Origin: Candidatus Dormiibacterota bacterium
GTDB taxonomy: Bacteria > Chloroflexota > Dormibacteria > Aeolococcales > Aeolococcaceae
Assembly (NCBI GenBank): GCA_963709585.1
Contig: CAVPXI010000006.1
Span: 192,001 to 256,000 of the forward strand
Length of the DNA stretch: 64,000 bases
Direction of reading: 5' to 3'
Made by a program: the position numbers and the translations under genes. Positions 23,124 to 34,361 of the stretch are shown here, piece by piece; positions within the stretch are counted from its first letter, which is position 1; each line of letters begins with the position of its first letter. The notes below the pieces were generated by a model. That model did no database searches and was not told the origin of the DNA. It saw only the letters and a program-made list of their open reading frames with translations.

Positions 23124-23657
23124 TCAGGCCAGCGAGACGAGCTCGACGTCGACCACCAAGGTTGCGTTGGGCGGCACATTCGCCGAGGAATTCCCGGCCG
23201 CTCCGAACCCCAGCGCCGGCGGGACGACCAGCCGCCGGGTTCCACCAACTCGCATGCCGGGCACGCCAAGTCTCCAGAACTCGAGCGTCGACGGGTTCGC
23301 GAGCTGGAGAGCATTGGCCGGCTGGTTCGCTCCCCGGGTGGTGATGATCTGCTTCCCGGTCGAGAGCCAGACCGTGAACTGGACGTTCACGTTGGCGGTG
23401 GCCTTGGCGACCGCACCGCAGCCGAGGCTCAGATCGGCGAACTGAAGCCCCGACTGGCCGGATTGGAGCGGTGTCGAACTCGCGAAGGAGTCCGAGGCCG
23501 AGACCGGACGCGGCGTGGAGCAATTGGGCGGTACCGGGGTGATGTGGCTGCTCACGGGCACCGCGTTGCCACACGCGGCGAGCGCCAGAACCGCCAGCGC
23601 GGCCCCGGCCAGAGTGCCCGCGAGACGGCGGCGCAGAGTGCCGAGGTGGTGAGGCAT
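23124..23657 (-). CDS. FKBP-type peptidyl-prolyl isomerase, lipoprotein
   Basis: Lipobox LAAC; GMRVGGTRRLVVPPALGFG...VPPNATLVVDVELV. Confidence 0.85.
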   Translation of the reverse strand: MPHHLGTLRRRLAGTLAGAALAVLALAACGNAVPVSSHITPVPPNCSTPRPVSASDSFASSTPLQSGQSGLQFADLSLGCGAVAKATANVNVQFTVWLSTGKQIITTRGANQPANALQLANPSTLEFWRLGVPGMRVGGTRRLVVPPALGFGAAGNSSANVPPNATLVVDVELVSLA

Positions 23658-23727
23658 CGGCGGCGAATCGTACCCCGACGCCGCGTACAATCGAATCAGC
23701 CCATCTCTTCAAGGAGCCCCAGCAACC

Positions 23728-23925
23728 ATGGCAAACACGATCAAGGAATCCAAGGGTGTCGCCTCCCAGCGTGACATCCTCACCCACGTCCGGTGCCCGA
23801 TCTGCAACAACCTCATGCGTCAGAACGAGATCGGGGTGGAGATCGCATTCCGGCACAGCCGCCGTCCCGGAGAGCCCCGGCGCGAGCGGATCATCAAGCA
23901 CACCAAGAACTGCAAAGCCGCGTAG
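23728..23925 (+). CDS. Small basic protein with a CxxC...HxxxC motif
   Basis: SD AAGGAG, upstream TACAAT; RCPICNN...KHTKNC. Confidence 0.65.
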   Translation: MANTIKESKGVASQRDILTHVRCPICNNLMRQNEIGVEIAFRHSRRPGEPRRERIIKHTKNCKAA

Positions 23926-23958
23926 GGCAGCGCTGATGCGGGCGTGGACCAGCGCGTA

Positions 23959-24609
23959 ATGGCCATCGAAGTCCCGCTGTTTCCGCTCGGCACCGTGCTC
24001 TTCCCGCACATGCCCATGTCGCTTCACATCTTTGAGGAGCGCTACAAGACGATGATGCGTGACTGCCGCAGGTCATCGACGACCTTCGGCATCGTGGCCA
24101 TCCGCTCGGGCCAGGAGACGGGCAGCGGCGCGGTCCCGTTCGAGGTCGGCACCCTGGCGCAGCTCGACGAGATCGAGGAGCTCCCGGACGGCGGGTACAA
24201 CCTCGTGGTCGTGGGAGCATCGCGCTTTCACATCGATGCGCTCAGCCACAACCGGCCGTATCTCGTCGGAACGGTTCACTACCTCCAGGACGTCCCGGCC
24301 CCGGCGGGCGACACCGAACGCCTCGCATCAGCGGTGACCTCGGCATTTCGCGGGTACGCCGGGCAGCTCCGCGGGATCGGTCAGGAAGATGCTTTCGAGT
24401 TCGGTGTGCCCACCGACCCGGAGTTGCTGTCGTATCTCGTCGCCGCCGCGATGCAGGTCGAGACCGCGCAACGGCAGCGCTTGCTCGAGATCGACGGCAC
24501 CGCAGAGCGGCTCGCGGCCTGTCTGCGCCTGCTCCGCCGTGAAGCGGCGCTCCTCGACCGCATGCTGGTTCGCTCGAAGGACCACGCCGGCACCTCCAGC
24601 CTCAACTGA
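23959..24609 (+). CDS. LON peptidase substrate-binding domain protein
   Basis: VPLFPLGTVLFPHMPMSLHIFEERYKTMM, VGTLA, PYL. Confidence 0.88.
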   Translation: MAIEVPLFPLGTVLFPHMPMSLHIFEERYKTMMRDCRRSSTTFGIVAIRSGQETGSGAVPFEVGTLAQLDEIEELPDGGYNLVVVGASRFHIDALSHNRPYLVGTVHYLQDVPAPAGDTERLASAVTSAFRGYAGQLRGIGQEDAFEFGVPTDPELLSYLVAAAMQVETAQRQRLLEIDGTAERLAACLRLLRREAALLDRMLVRSKDHAGTSSLN

Positions 24610-24611
24610 AC

Positions 24612-25379
24612 GTGACCATCGCAGAGCGGTTCTCCCTCGACGGACGCGTCGCCCTTGTCACCGGTGGGAGCCGGGGCATCGGACTGGCGATCGCCACAGC
24701 GCTCGCCGAGGCGGGGGCAACCGTCGCCCTCAACGCCCGTCATGCGGACGCGTGCGAGGCCGGGGCGGCGCAGATCATCGCCGGCGGCGGCACGGCGATC
24801 GCCGTGCCCGGACACGTCGGTGACGCCGCGACCTGCGAGGCGATGGTCGCGGGTGTGATGCTTCAAGCGGGACGGCTCGACATTCTGGTGAACAACGCCG
24901 CAACCAACCCCCAGTTCGGGCCCATCCTCGACGCAGACGAGGGGGCGATCAACAAGATCTGGGACGTCAACGTCATGGGTCCGATCCGGCTCACCCGCCA
25001 CGCGGTCGCCGCGTGGATGCGCGAGCACGGTGGCAGCGTCATCAACATGGCGTCGGTCGCGGGGATACGCCCCGAGGCCCTCACCGGCGCTTACAACGCC
25101 AGCAAGGCCGCACTCATCACGCTCACGCGTACGCTCTCGCGGGAACTGGGACCGCTCGGGATCCGGGTCAATGCGATCGCCCCGGAACTCGTCGAAACCA
25201 AGCTCGCGCGCTACCTCGTGGAAACCCCCGAGGTCCACGAGCGCATCCTTGCGCAGACCGCGCTCGGCCGCCACGCCGTTCCCGACGAGATCGCGGGCGC
25301 CGCGCTGTTCCTCGCATCGGACGCAGCGTCGTTCGTGACCGGGTCTGTCCTGGTCGTCGACGGAGGATGGAGCGCGTAG
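24612..25379 (+). CDS. SDR family oxidoreductase (DHRS4-like)
   Basis: TGGSRGIG, NNAATNP, YNASKAA. Confidence 0.93.
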   Translation: MTIAERFSLDGRVALVTGGSRGIGLAIATALAEAGATVALNARHADACEAGAAQIIAGGGTAIAVPGHVGDAATCEAMVAGVMLQAGRLDILVNNAATNPQFGPILDADEGAINKIWDVNVMGPIRLTRHAVAAWMREHGGSVINMASVAGIRPEALTGAYNASKAALITLTRTLSRELGPLGIRVNAIAPELVETKLARYLVETPEVHERILAQTALGRHAVPDEIAGAALFLASDAASFVTGSVLVVDGGWSA

Positions 25380-25447
25380 GCGAAACATTCCCATGTCGCG
25401 AATGGGAGAATCGCGAAGAGACGAGGGCACTCGGAGGGTTATCAGCA

Positions 25448-27023
25448 ATGTCGAACGACCAGGGACTCGGTTTTACGCTCAGCCGGCGGGCCGAGCTCAA
25501 TCCAGATGCCACCGCCCTCATCTTTCGCGAAGAACAGTGGACCTATGCGCAGCTCAACCAGCTCACCAACAAGCTGGCTCACGGGACTCCATGCGCTGGG
25601 TGTGAACCCCGGCGACCGGGTCGGCTTCCTCGGGCTCAACCACCCTCGCTTTCTCTTCACGCTGTTCGCGGCGGCAAAGCTCAATGCAATCTTCGTGCCG
25701 CTCAATTTCCGGCTGACGGGCCCCGAGCTCAGCTTCATCATCAGCGACGCGGGGATGCACACCCTCGTGTACGAGGAGGCGTTCGCGTCCATCGTCAACT
25801 CGATCCGTGGCGACCTGAGCGTGCAGGAATACGTCTGCGCCGTCGAGCAGAGCGGCGCGCGTGGCTTCGACTCACTGCTGCACGATCAGCGCGACACCGA
25901 GCTCGACTACCCGGTTGCGATGAGCGACGTTGCGCTGATCATGTACACCTCGGGGACGACCGGCCGTCCGAAGGGCGCGATGCTCACCCACGGCAACGTC
26001 ATCTGGAACAACATCAACGCGTTGCTCGCTGACGATGCAACCTCCCAGGAGATCACCCTCGTGGTCGCGCCGCTGTTTCACATCGGCGGGCTGAACGTCA
26101 CGCCGCTTCTCTGCTTGTTGAAGGGAGCGACCGTCGTGATGGAGCAGATGTTCGAGCCGGGCATGGTGCTCGAGAACATCGAGAAATACCGTGTGACGTC
26201 GATGTTCGGCGTGCCTGCCATGTATCTGTTCATGGCCCAGCACCCCGACTTCGCCACGCGCGATCTGAGCAGCATCCGCGTCCTGTCGTGCGGCGGCGCG
26301 CCGGTACCGGAAGCGCTGATCAAGATCTACGCTGCGCGCGGCCTCCCATTCAACCAGGGCTACGGCCTCACCGAGACAGCTCCGTTCGCATCCTTCCTTC
26401 CGTCGTCAATGGCGACACAGAAGCTCGGTTCCGCGGGCATCGCGCCGTTCTTCACCGACGTCAAGATCGTCGACGACGACGGCCACGACGTCCCCGACGG
26501 CGAGCGCGGCGAAATCGTCGTTCGCGGCCCGAACGTGATGAAGGGCTACTGGAACCGCCCCGACGCCACCGCGGAGGTACTCGTGGACGGGTGGTTCCAC
26601 ACCGGTGACGTGGGAACTCGTGACGCCGACGGCTACTTCTTCATCGTCGATCGCAAGAAGGACATGATCATCAGCGGCGGCGAGAACGTATATCCGGCCG
26701 AGATCGAGGACGCGCTCTACCGGCACCCCGGTATCAAGGAGGTCGCGGTCATCGGCGTGCAGCATGCGAGCTGGGGCGAGACGGTGCGCGCCGTGGTGGT
26801 GCGCAAGGACGGGGTGTCACTCACCGAGCAGGAGGTCATCGAGTTCTCGCAGGACAAGCTGGCTCGATACAAGCAACCCAAGTCCGTCGTCTTCGTCGAC
26901 GTGCTGCCGCGGAATCCCGCGGGAAAGGTGCTGAAGTTCGATCTCCGCGAGAAGCACGGTCAACCCATCACCGAAGCCGCGTCACCCACCGCGCCCGAGG
27001 GGGCCGCAACCACCGCGGGATGA
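25448..27023 (+). CDS. Long-chain acyl-CoA synthetase (FadD13/MenE-like), split by a +1 insertion at ~25584 (probable error)
   Basis: SD GGAGG plus MSNDQGLG...KLAH joins GLHALGVNPGDRV after deleting one G (GGGACTC to GGACTC); YTSGTTGRPKG, GYGLTE, WFHTGD, NPAGKVLK. Confidence 0.88.
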
Positions 27024-27033
27024 GCCCGCAGAG

Positions 27034-28986
27034 CTACGTGATGTCGATGACGAGGCGAGCGCCCGATAGGTAGTACGCGTCGAACGGCGCGTTCTTGCGC
27101 AGCGTGATCTTGAAGATCAGGCGACCGGTGTTGCGCACCATCGGGAGCGGCACCACCGACGCGACCACCTGCCCCGGCGGCATCACCGCGACGTTCGCCG
27201 CGCCGTTGACGCCGCTGAACTCGACGTACAGCGTCGTCGATCCCGCGTAGCCGATCACCGTCGCCGGGCTTCCCGTGACGGAGTTGGGGAACGCCATGTC
27301 GAAGACCAGGCGGAAGTCGTTGGGATGCTCACCGTAGCGAACGTCAGCCACCGAGAACCCGCTGCTCCCTGTGCCGAGGGTCTTGGCTCCGGTGAGTTGC
27401 TGCGGCGTCGGCGCTGCGGGGATGATGGCGGTGGGCGCGGGAGCGGGGGTCGCGACCGGGAGCGGCGCCGTCGTGGGCGGTGTGGTGGCGCGTAGCGTCG
27501 GCGTCGACCTGGGAATGTTGGAGGCGACCAGCGGGCCTGTGGTGGTCACCTGCCTGCCGATGAGCAGACCGACCAGCATCAGGAGCACTGTCACGGCGCC
27601 AAACAGCCACAGGCGCCGGTCGCGATCGGCTGCCCCGACCGCGGGACCACCGAGCGGCAGCACGTGACGACCGGTCACCGGTTGGGCCGGGTTCCACCCA
27701 CGGCGATCCGACCGCTGCGAGTGGAGGCGGCGGACGTGACGTCCCGGAACCGGTAGAGACGCCGGCTCTGCGTTGACCCCGAACTGCGTTTCGTCCCCTG
27801 GAGAATCCGCGATGTCGATCTCGGGGGTGGGCATAGGGGCGACAACGGCGCTGAGATCCTCGACCGTAGCCGCAGCCGCCGGGTCCGCTGGGATGGGCGA
27901 GCGTTCCTGTGGAGCCGCGAGGCCGGCCACCTCGTTGAGCACGTCGGCCAGCTCGAGCGGCGCCGCGGCTTCGTTCGTCTGGCCTGGGTCGTGCACCGCG
28001 GGCACGTCGGAATCCGGCGAGTCGTTCTCGACGACCGCCTCGCTCGACACCGGCTCGGCGGTGATGCGCGCCATGAACCGGTTGACTCGTTTCGATTTGA
28101 CCGGTGGCGGCGGTGAGGCCTCGACGGCTTCAGGGGCGGCTTCGGCCACGATCGGCGCGGTGTCGCTCCAATGCTGGGAGCGAGCGCGCTGATTCCATTT
28201 CGGTGCGCCCACGCCGCTGACGATCTCAACTCCCGAATCGAACTTCGACCCCGCTCCACGCCGGAGCGCGAGGCGAACCGCGAGCGCGTCGCGGAGGCGC
28301 TGGAACGCGTTCGGCCCGGCGACCAGACGCGGTGCTGCCGGCACAGGTGCCGATGTGGACAGGTCGGGTGGTTGCGGCTCGGTTGAGGCCTGGGGCGGCT
28401 GCGGCGCGCGGAACGCGGCTTCATCCCGCGGGCGAGCGTCCGGCTGCGGCTCGGCGTCGAGGTCGGCCGTCGGCTGGGGGTAGGGCATGATCATCGGTTC
28501 GGGGGCGGAAAATGCGTGCACCGGGGGCGGCGCGGGGATCGTGGTTGCGATCTGGTCGATGGTCTCGTCCCAGAGTAGGAGTTCTGGCGGATCGGCGACC
28601 GCGATGGTCGGCGAGCGTTCGCCGATCAGTTCGCGGGGCTGCGCCTGGTCGTGCCCTTTGCGCGGCGACCATGGCAACGCGGCTCCGCGTTCCGCGCCGA
28701 ACCACGGTGGAGCCTCGACTGAAGCCGGTCGGTCGTGGCGCACAGGTCCTTCGGGCAAGTCGTCCTCCTCGGCGATCAAACCGATCTGGCTGAACAGGTC
28801 GTGCACGGCGTCGTCGGGCACGTGGACGCGCGCGAGATCCCCGATGCGCCCCGATTCCTCGCGGAGGTGGCCGATCGCCGTGCGGCAACGTTCGCACGCG
28901 ACGAGGTGCGCCTCGAGCTCACCGGTCGGCTCGGGGTCGAGCTCGGCGTCGATGTAGCTGCTGAGCGCGAGGAGGCTGCACCTCAT
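27034..28986 (-). CDS. Zinc-finger (zf-HC2) anti-sigma-like membrane protein with long Pro/acidic linker and C-terminal AMIN-like domain
   Basis: LSSYIDAEL...EAHLVACERC (HxxxCxxC); single TM LWLFGAVTVLLMLVGLLIG; DVRYGEHPNDFRLVFD...RLVIDIT. Confidence 0.75.
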   Translation of the reverse strand: MRCSLLALSSYIDAELDPEPTGELEAHLVACERCRTAIGHLREESGRIGDLARVHVPDDAVHDLFSQIGLIAEEDDLPEGPVRHDRPASVEAPPWFGAERGAALPWSPRKGHDQAQPRELIGERSPTIAVADPPELLLWDETIDQIATTIPAPPPVHAFSAPEPMIMPYPQPTADLDAEPQPDARPRDEAAFRAPQPPQASTEPQPPDLSTSAPVPAAPRLVAGPNAFQRLRDALAVRLALRRGAGSKFDSGVEIVSGVGAPKWNQRARSQHWSDTAPIVAEAAPEAVEASPPPPVKSKRVNRFMARITAEPVSSEAVVENDSPDSDVPAVHDPGQTNEAAAPLELADVLNEVAGLAAPQERSPIPADPAAAATVEDLSAVVAPMPTPEIDIADSPGDETQFGVNAEPASLPVPGRHVRRLHSQRSDRRGWNPAQPVTGRHVLPLGGPAVGAADRDRRLWLFGAVTVLLMLVGLLIGRQVTTTGPLVASNIPRSTPTLRATTPPTTAPLPVATPAPAPTAIIPAAPTPQQLTGAKTLGTGSSGFSVADVRYGEHPNDFRLVFDMAFPNSVTGSPATVIGYAGSTTLYVEFSGVNGAANVAVMPPGQVVASVVPLPMVRNTGRLIFKITLRKNAPFDAYYLSGARLVIDIT

Positions 28987-29504
28987 AGGGCGATCTCTCG
29001 ATAGATCGAACCGAACTCCCGGCGCGCGGCCGCGACCAGCCGGGCTGCCGCCTCGGGCGAGCACTCCAGCGCCCTCGACATCTCGCTGTAGTCGAGACCG
29101 CACAGATCGCGGAGCAGCAGCGCCGCCCTTCGGTCGAATCCGAGCATGGCAAGGGCGCGCTTGACGGTGTTGATGCGACCGGCGCTGACGTCGTCGACCT
29201 CGACGCGAATCGATCCGGAGCCACGCCGGAACATCCGGCCGATGCCCTGAGGGCGGGGTGGAAAGCGCTGACCGTGCCGGCATGCGCGGGTCACCGCGCG
29301 ATAGAGGGCCGCCCGGCCGTCGACGCGCAGACGCGCGGGTGGGTAGCGGCTCGCGTGATGGATGCCGCCGGCGACGTACGCCACCGCGTCGGCCTGGTGA
29401 TTCACCAGGTGGGTGGCAAACGTGACGAGATCATCGAGCTGCTCGCGTGCGGTAGCGGCAAGCTCGCGCGCCTCGGGAGCGATGTGTGCTGAGACGTTGA
29501 TCAT
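28983..29504 (-). CDS. Divergent ECF sigma factor-like protein
   Basis: Region-4-like RRAALLLRDLCGLDYSEMSRALECSPEAAARLVAAARREF; stop overlaps the anti-sigma start; region 2 poorly conserved; start uncertain. Confidence 0.6.
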   Translation of the reverse strand: MINVSAHIAPEARELAATAREQLDDLVTFATHLVNHQADAVAYVAGGIHHASRYPPARLRVDGRAALYRAVTRACRHGQRFPPRPQGIGRMFRRGSGSIRVEVDDVSAGRINTVKRALAMLGFDRRAALLLRDLCGLDYSEMSRALECSPEAAARLVAAARREFGSIYREIAL

Positions 29505-29578
29505 GACGTTTGCGCTGTTGGGGCGCGGAGTACGGTCGAAGAATAGCCGGGACTCCGCTCTGCGGTCAAGGCGCGAGA

Positions 29579-30316
29579 TCAAGACGAAGTGTGCACCAAC
29601 TCCCCGCCGGTGATCCCGGGCGGCCGTTCGAGCCCGGCTCGAAGCCACGCGGTCGCGGGCATGCCGATGTCGGCGACCCAGATGGCGCCGGCGTGACTCG
29701 CGCCATCGCCTCCCTGCAGACCGCGCTTCATCGCGGTCAGCGTGCAGGTCAGGGTGGCCTGCACCGTCGGGTCGAACGCCTCCCCGGTCGTGGCATCCAG
29801 ACCGCTCGGAACGTCGACGCTGAGGACTGGAATCCCGGACCGGTTGAGCGTTCGGATCGCGCTCGCCTGGGGCTCGCGGGGCGCGCTGCGCAACCCGGTG
29901 CCAAGGATCGCGTCAATCACCAGTTCGGCTCCCCTCACGACGCGGCGAACGGCTGCAGGGTCCGCGTTCACCACCACGTCGACGCCGCAGGAGCGCGCCG
30001 ACACGACGTGATCGCGCACGACACCGGTCACCTGCGCCTCATCGCCGAGCACGGCCGCCCGTACCGCACATCCCCAGGTCGCGAGATGTCTCGCGGCGAC
30101 CAGTCCGTCGCCTCCGTTGTTGCCATACCCGGCGACAACGCCGACACCGGACGGCCGCCCCAGATGGCGCCACGCACACCGCGCAACCTGCCATCCGGCG
30201 ATCTCCATGAGCTGGAGCGTGGACACGCCGCACTCCGCGGCCGCGGCGTCGAGGCGCGCCACGTCCTCCGACGTCAGCTCGCCGAGCCCTCCGTCGGTCT
30301 CGGGGCTCGCGCTCAC
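29579..30316 (-). CDS. nnrE: NAD(P)H-hydrate epimerase
   Basis: LMEIAG, GYGNNGGDGLVAARHL, IDAILGTG, SVDVPSG. Confidence 0.9.
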   Translation of the reverse strand: MSASPETDGGLGELTSEDVARLDAAAAECGVSTLQLMEIAGWQVARCAWRHLGRPSGVGVVAGYGNNGGDGLVAARHLATWGCAVRAAVLGDEAQVTGVVRDHVVSARSCGVDVVVNADPAAVRRVVRGAELVIDAILGTGLRSAPREPQASAIRTLNRSGIPVLSVDVPSGLDATTGEAFDPTVQATLTCTLTAMKRGLQGGDGASHAGAIWVADIGMPATAWLRAGLERPPGITGGELVHTSS

Positions 30317-31083
30317 GCCAGCTCGACCTCCACGGTGTCACCCGCGCGCGGACCACCGACAGCCACGGCGCCGGTGCCGTGGCCGGCAATCTCGAGGTGA
30401 CCGGCGCTGCCGATCAACGCGCTCGATCCGGCGGCGATCTGCGCGTATGTGGCAACCATGGCGGCGGAGCGGCCACCCGGCCAGGTGACCGAACGGACGG
30501 CTGCGCCACCGAAGTCGCCGGCGCGGATGGTCGTGATCGCGTTGCCAAAGTGGTCGACCACGACGACCCTCCCGGTGATGCGGTTGCCCACCCGCACCGC
30601 GAAGGCGCCGGCGAGGACGACCGGGTCGTCGATCGGATCGCCGGGGACGTCGAACCGTTCCTTTGATGACAGCTCCGCCGCGAAGGGCGCGAAGACGTCG
30701 CGACCGTGGAACGTCGGCGACGCGTCCCGCGCGATGTCGATGCTCACAGCCCGACGATCCTCCGGCGGGGTCTCATCCCAGAGGTACGACACCAGACCGT
30801 TGTCCGGAGCGACGCAGCGGGTGCTGCCCACTTTGATGGCGATTGCGCGTCGCTCCGTGCCGACGCCCGGGTCGACCACGGCGCAGAACACGGCTCCTCC
30901 GCTGAAGGCCCGCGCCAGCGCCTTGAGCTGGTACGCGCCCGCGAGCACATCTCCAAAGGAAATCCCATGCGTTCCCTCGACACAGATGGCGTGGGGGTCG
31001 ACACGCAGGGCAGCGCCGGTGAGCGCCGCCGCATATGCGTCGTCGCGTCCGAAGTCGGTGACGAAGACGATCGGCTGCCGCAT
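30313..31083 (-). CDS. SAM hydrolase / SAM-dependent halogenase family (DUF62)
   Basis: FVTDFG, AVVDPGVGTERR, APDNGL, SPTFHGRDVFAP, VDHFGN. Confidence 0.88.
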   Translation of the reverse strand: MRQPIVFVTDFGRDDAYAAALTGAALRVDPHAICVEGTHGISFGDVLAGAYQLKALARAFSGGAVFCAVVDPGVGTERRAIAIKVGSTRCVAPDNGLVSYLWDETPPEDRRAVSIDIARDASPTFHGRDVFAPFAAELSSKERFDVPGDPIDDPVVLAGAFAVRVGNRITGRVVVVDHFGNAITTIRAGDFGGAAVRSVTWPGGRSAAMVATYAQIAAGSSALIGSAGHLEIAGHGTGAVAVGGPRAGDTVEVELA

Positions 31084-31108
31084 GGCGGACTTCGCTACCG
31101 TACCAGCG

Positions 31109-31500
31109 ATGGAGAATCCGCCGAGCGCCCCCGAGCAGGTACCGGTGGCGGCGGCCACGGAGGACCGCGCGCGCCGAAGAAGGCCGGTCTGGGGGATGCC
31201 GGTCGCGGTGATCGCGCTGGTCGTGATCGTGGTGCTGTTCGTTGTCGGCTTCACCGGGCTCTTCGCCAACCCGGTGCGATCGGTGAGCTCCGACGGGACT
31301 ACGACGCTCTCAGGAAGCTTCGAGCCCTACCAGTGCAACCCGGCGAGCTGCGACGGGTACATCTCCGCCGGGGCACGCAGCGTGTTCGTGGTTTTTCCGC
31401 ACGGATGCGCACCGCCTCAGCGCGCCGCGACGATCACCGTACCGGCAAACCCGCGCCGGATCTGGGCAACGCCTCGTACCGGGCGACCGCCTGCCCCTGA
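31109..31500 (+). CDS. Single-TM membrane protein with Cys-containing external domain; apparent 1-nt deletion near 31440
   Basis: MENPPS...TM...YQCNPASCDG...GCAPP; a frame change near 31440 gives TGKPAPDLGNASYRATACP*, four Cys in total, and removes the overlap with the convergent gene. Confidence 0.5.
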
Positions 31501-31524
31501 ACGGCTACTCCCAGCGGAGGCTCT

Positions 31525-32068
31525 TTACGCGGCGGGTGCGATCCCTGTCAGGCGCCATCCACGATGGGCCACCAGCCAGCCCCCATCAGCCACCTCGTGA
31601 GCCTCGTCGTCCGCGGCCGTGTCGACCGCCGGGTCGCGCTCGAACGTCCAGTCCTGGGTGCCCGAGGTGCTGCCGTTGATGCTGAAACGGACGACGGCTC
31701 GCTCCCGACCGTTCGCGACGGTTGCCGCTGTGACTTCCGCCGACACGATGTCCGCATCCAGCGCGGGCGCTCCGTCGTTATGGGCGTCCTGGAGCACGCG
31801 AAACGCATCTCTGGCGATCAGCAGAAAGCGATCGGGGCTGAACTCGGGGTCAATACGTGTCACCGACTTCGAGATCGAGGCCAGGAACGGCTGCTTCGCC
31901 ACGTTCGTGAAACTCACGGTCGAGGTCGGTGAGCATCGTGGTGTCCAGCGCGTCGAGTTGCGCTTCGTCGGCCTCACGTTTGGCGAGACGGCTCCCGATC
32001 CCGGTGACGTGCAGGAATCCGGAGCCGAGTGACTCCCCGAGGGAGTGGTCTGGCAGCGCGTCGCTCAT
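31525..32068 (-). CDS. Tim44-like domain protein, split by a +1 insertion at ~31911
   Basis: SD AGAGG plus MSDALPD...LDRE joins (F/S)TNVAKQPF...IDPEFSPDRFL...QDWTFER...GWRLTGI. Confidence 0.55.
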
Positions 32069-32183
32069 GGAGATACCTCTGAAGCCGGATTCGCAGTTCG
32101 AATCTACTCAGCGCCGCTCCATGCCAGTCCGGGTGTCGGCGGGTTGTAGCCGATCGTTGATCGAGTCATCGCGACTGTCAGAT

Positions 32184-32221
32184 AAAGAAAAGAGCGGCCC
32201 GGGAATCCCGGACCGCCCTTT
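32184..32221 (-). terminator. Intrinsic terminator of groEL
   Basis: Minus strand AAAGGGCGGTCCGGG-ATT-CCCGGGCCGCTCTTT followed by TCTTT, about 22 nt after the groEL stop. Confidence 0.85.
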
Positions 32222-32243
32222 CAGGAATCGGATCAGTTGCCGA

Positions 32244-33854
<1,611 letters not shown>

Positions 33855-33900
33855 GGTTCCTCCTGGTTTGATCCTCTAGCCTAGGGTTCCAGGAGCTAGT

Positions 33901-33950
33901 TTAGCACTCGGGTGGTCTGACTGCTAGCGGGTGGCAGGGGGGAGTGCTAA
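33901..33950. promoter_or_regulatory. CIRCE (HrcA operator) plus an extra half-site upstream of groEL
   Basis: TTAGCACTC-N9-GACTGCTAG at 33901-33927 and a perfect half-site GAGTGCTAA at 33942-33950; extended -10 TGcTAAACT on the minus strand. Confidence 0.88.
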
Positions 33951-33954
33951 ACGA

Positions 33955-33998
33955 CGGCCGCCGGATCGCACCACCGCTGGTGCGATCCGGAAGGGCCG
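33955..33998 (-). terminator. Strong hairpin downstream of the acidic peptide gene
   Basis: Perfect 13-bp stem CCGGATCGCACCA-ccgc-TGGTGCGATCCGG (33961-33990) plus outer CGGCC/GGCCG pairing; only a weak U-tract. Confidence 0.65.
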
Positions 33999-34019
33999 CC
34001 CATTCCCTTCGGAACTCGG

Positions 34020-34208
34020 TCAGCGACCGGGGTTCTTGACGTGGCCTTCGGTGTCGTCCTCGTCAGGCGTCGCCCGAGGGAAAACCGAGGGCTGCTCGTC
34101 GGGGTCGGCGCTCCTGTTTGGGTACTTGTGTCCGGAGGTGTCCTCTTCGTCGGTCTCGTTGATCCGGACCCCCGGGGCTTCCTGCTCGTCTGCCTTGTCC
34201 GTGCTCAT
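34020..34208 (-). CDS. 62-aa acidic peptide with two D-E-[E/D]-D-T-[S/E]-G-H repeats
   Basis: SD AGGAGA 6 nt before ATG; MSTDKADEQEAPGVRINETDEEDTSGHKYPNRSADPDEQPSVFPRATPDEDDTEGHVKNPGR; own -10 box and 3' hairpin. Confidence 0.75.
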   Translation of the reverse strand: MSTDKADEQEAPGVRINETDEEDTSGHKYPNRSADPDEQPSVFPRATPDEDDTEGHVKNPGR

Positions 34209-34281
34209 TGCCTGTCTCCTGTGGCGGCTGGGCCGCTGCTGTTGTGTTGCCCACATTCTGCGGAATCGAGATGGGGGAGTC

Positions 34282-34320
34282 AGTCGTCCACCTGACAGCT
34301 TCCGTGTCGGCGATCTGACA
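34282..34320. promoter_or_regulatory. Tandem Crp/CooA-type boxes upstream of the peptide gene
   Basis: AGTCG-N6-TGACA (34282-34297) and TGTCG-N6-TGACA (34305-34320, inside the CCGTGTC/GACACGG inverted repeat); minus-strand -10 CAGAAT at 34260-34255. Confidence 0.6.
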
Positions 34321-34361
34321 CGGCGGGGCAGCGACGACAGCGCAGGGAGGAGCCGGCGAGA

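Noticed and set aside
30313-31083. SAM-dependent fluorinase or chlorinase of a halometabolite cluster
   Set aside because: Housekeeping context (nnrE) and the FHGRD motif fit the widespread DUF62 SAM hydrolases.
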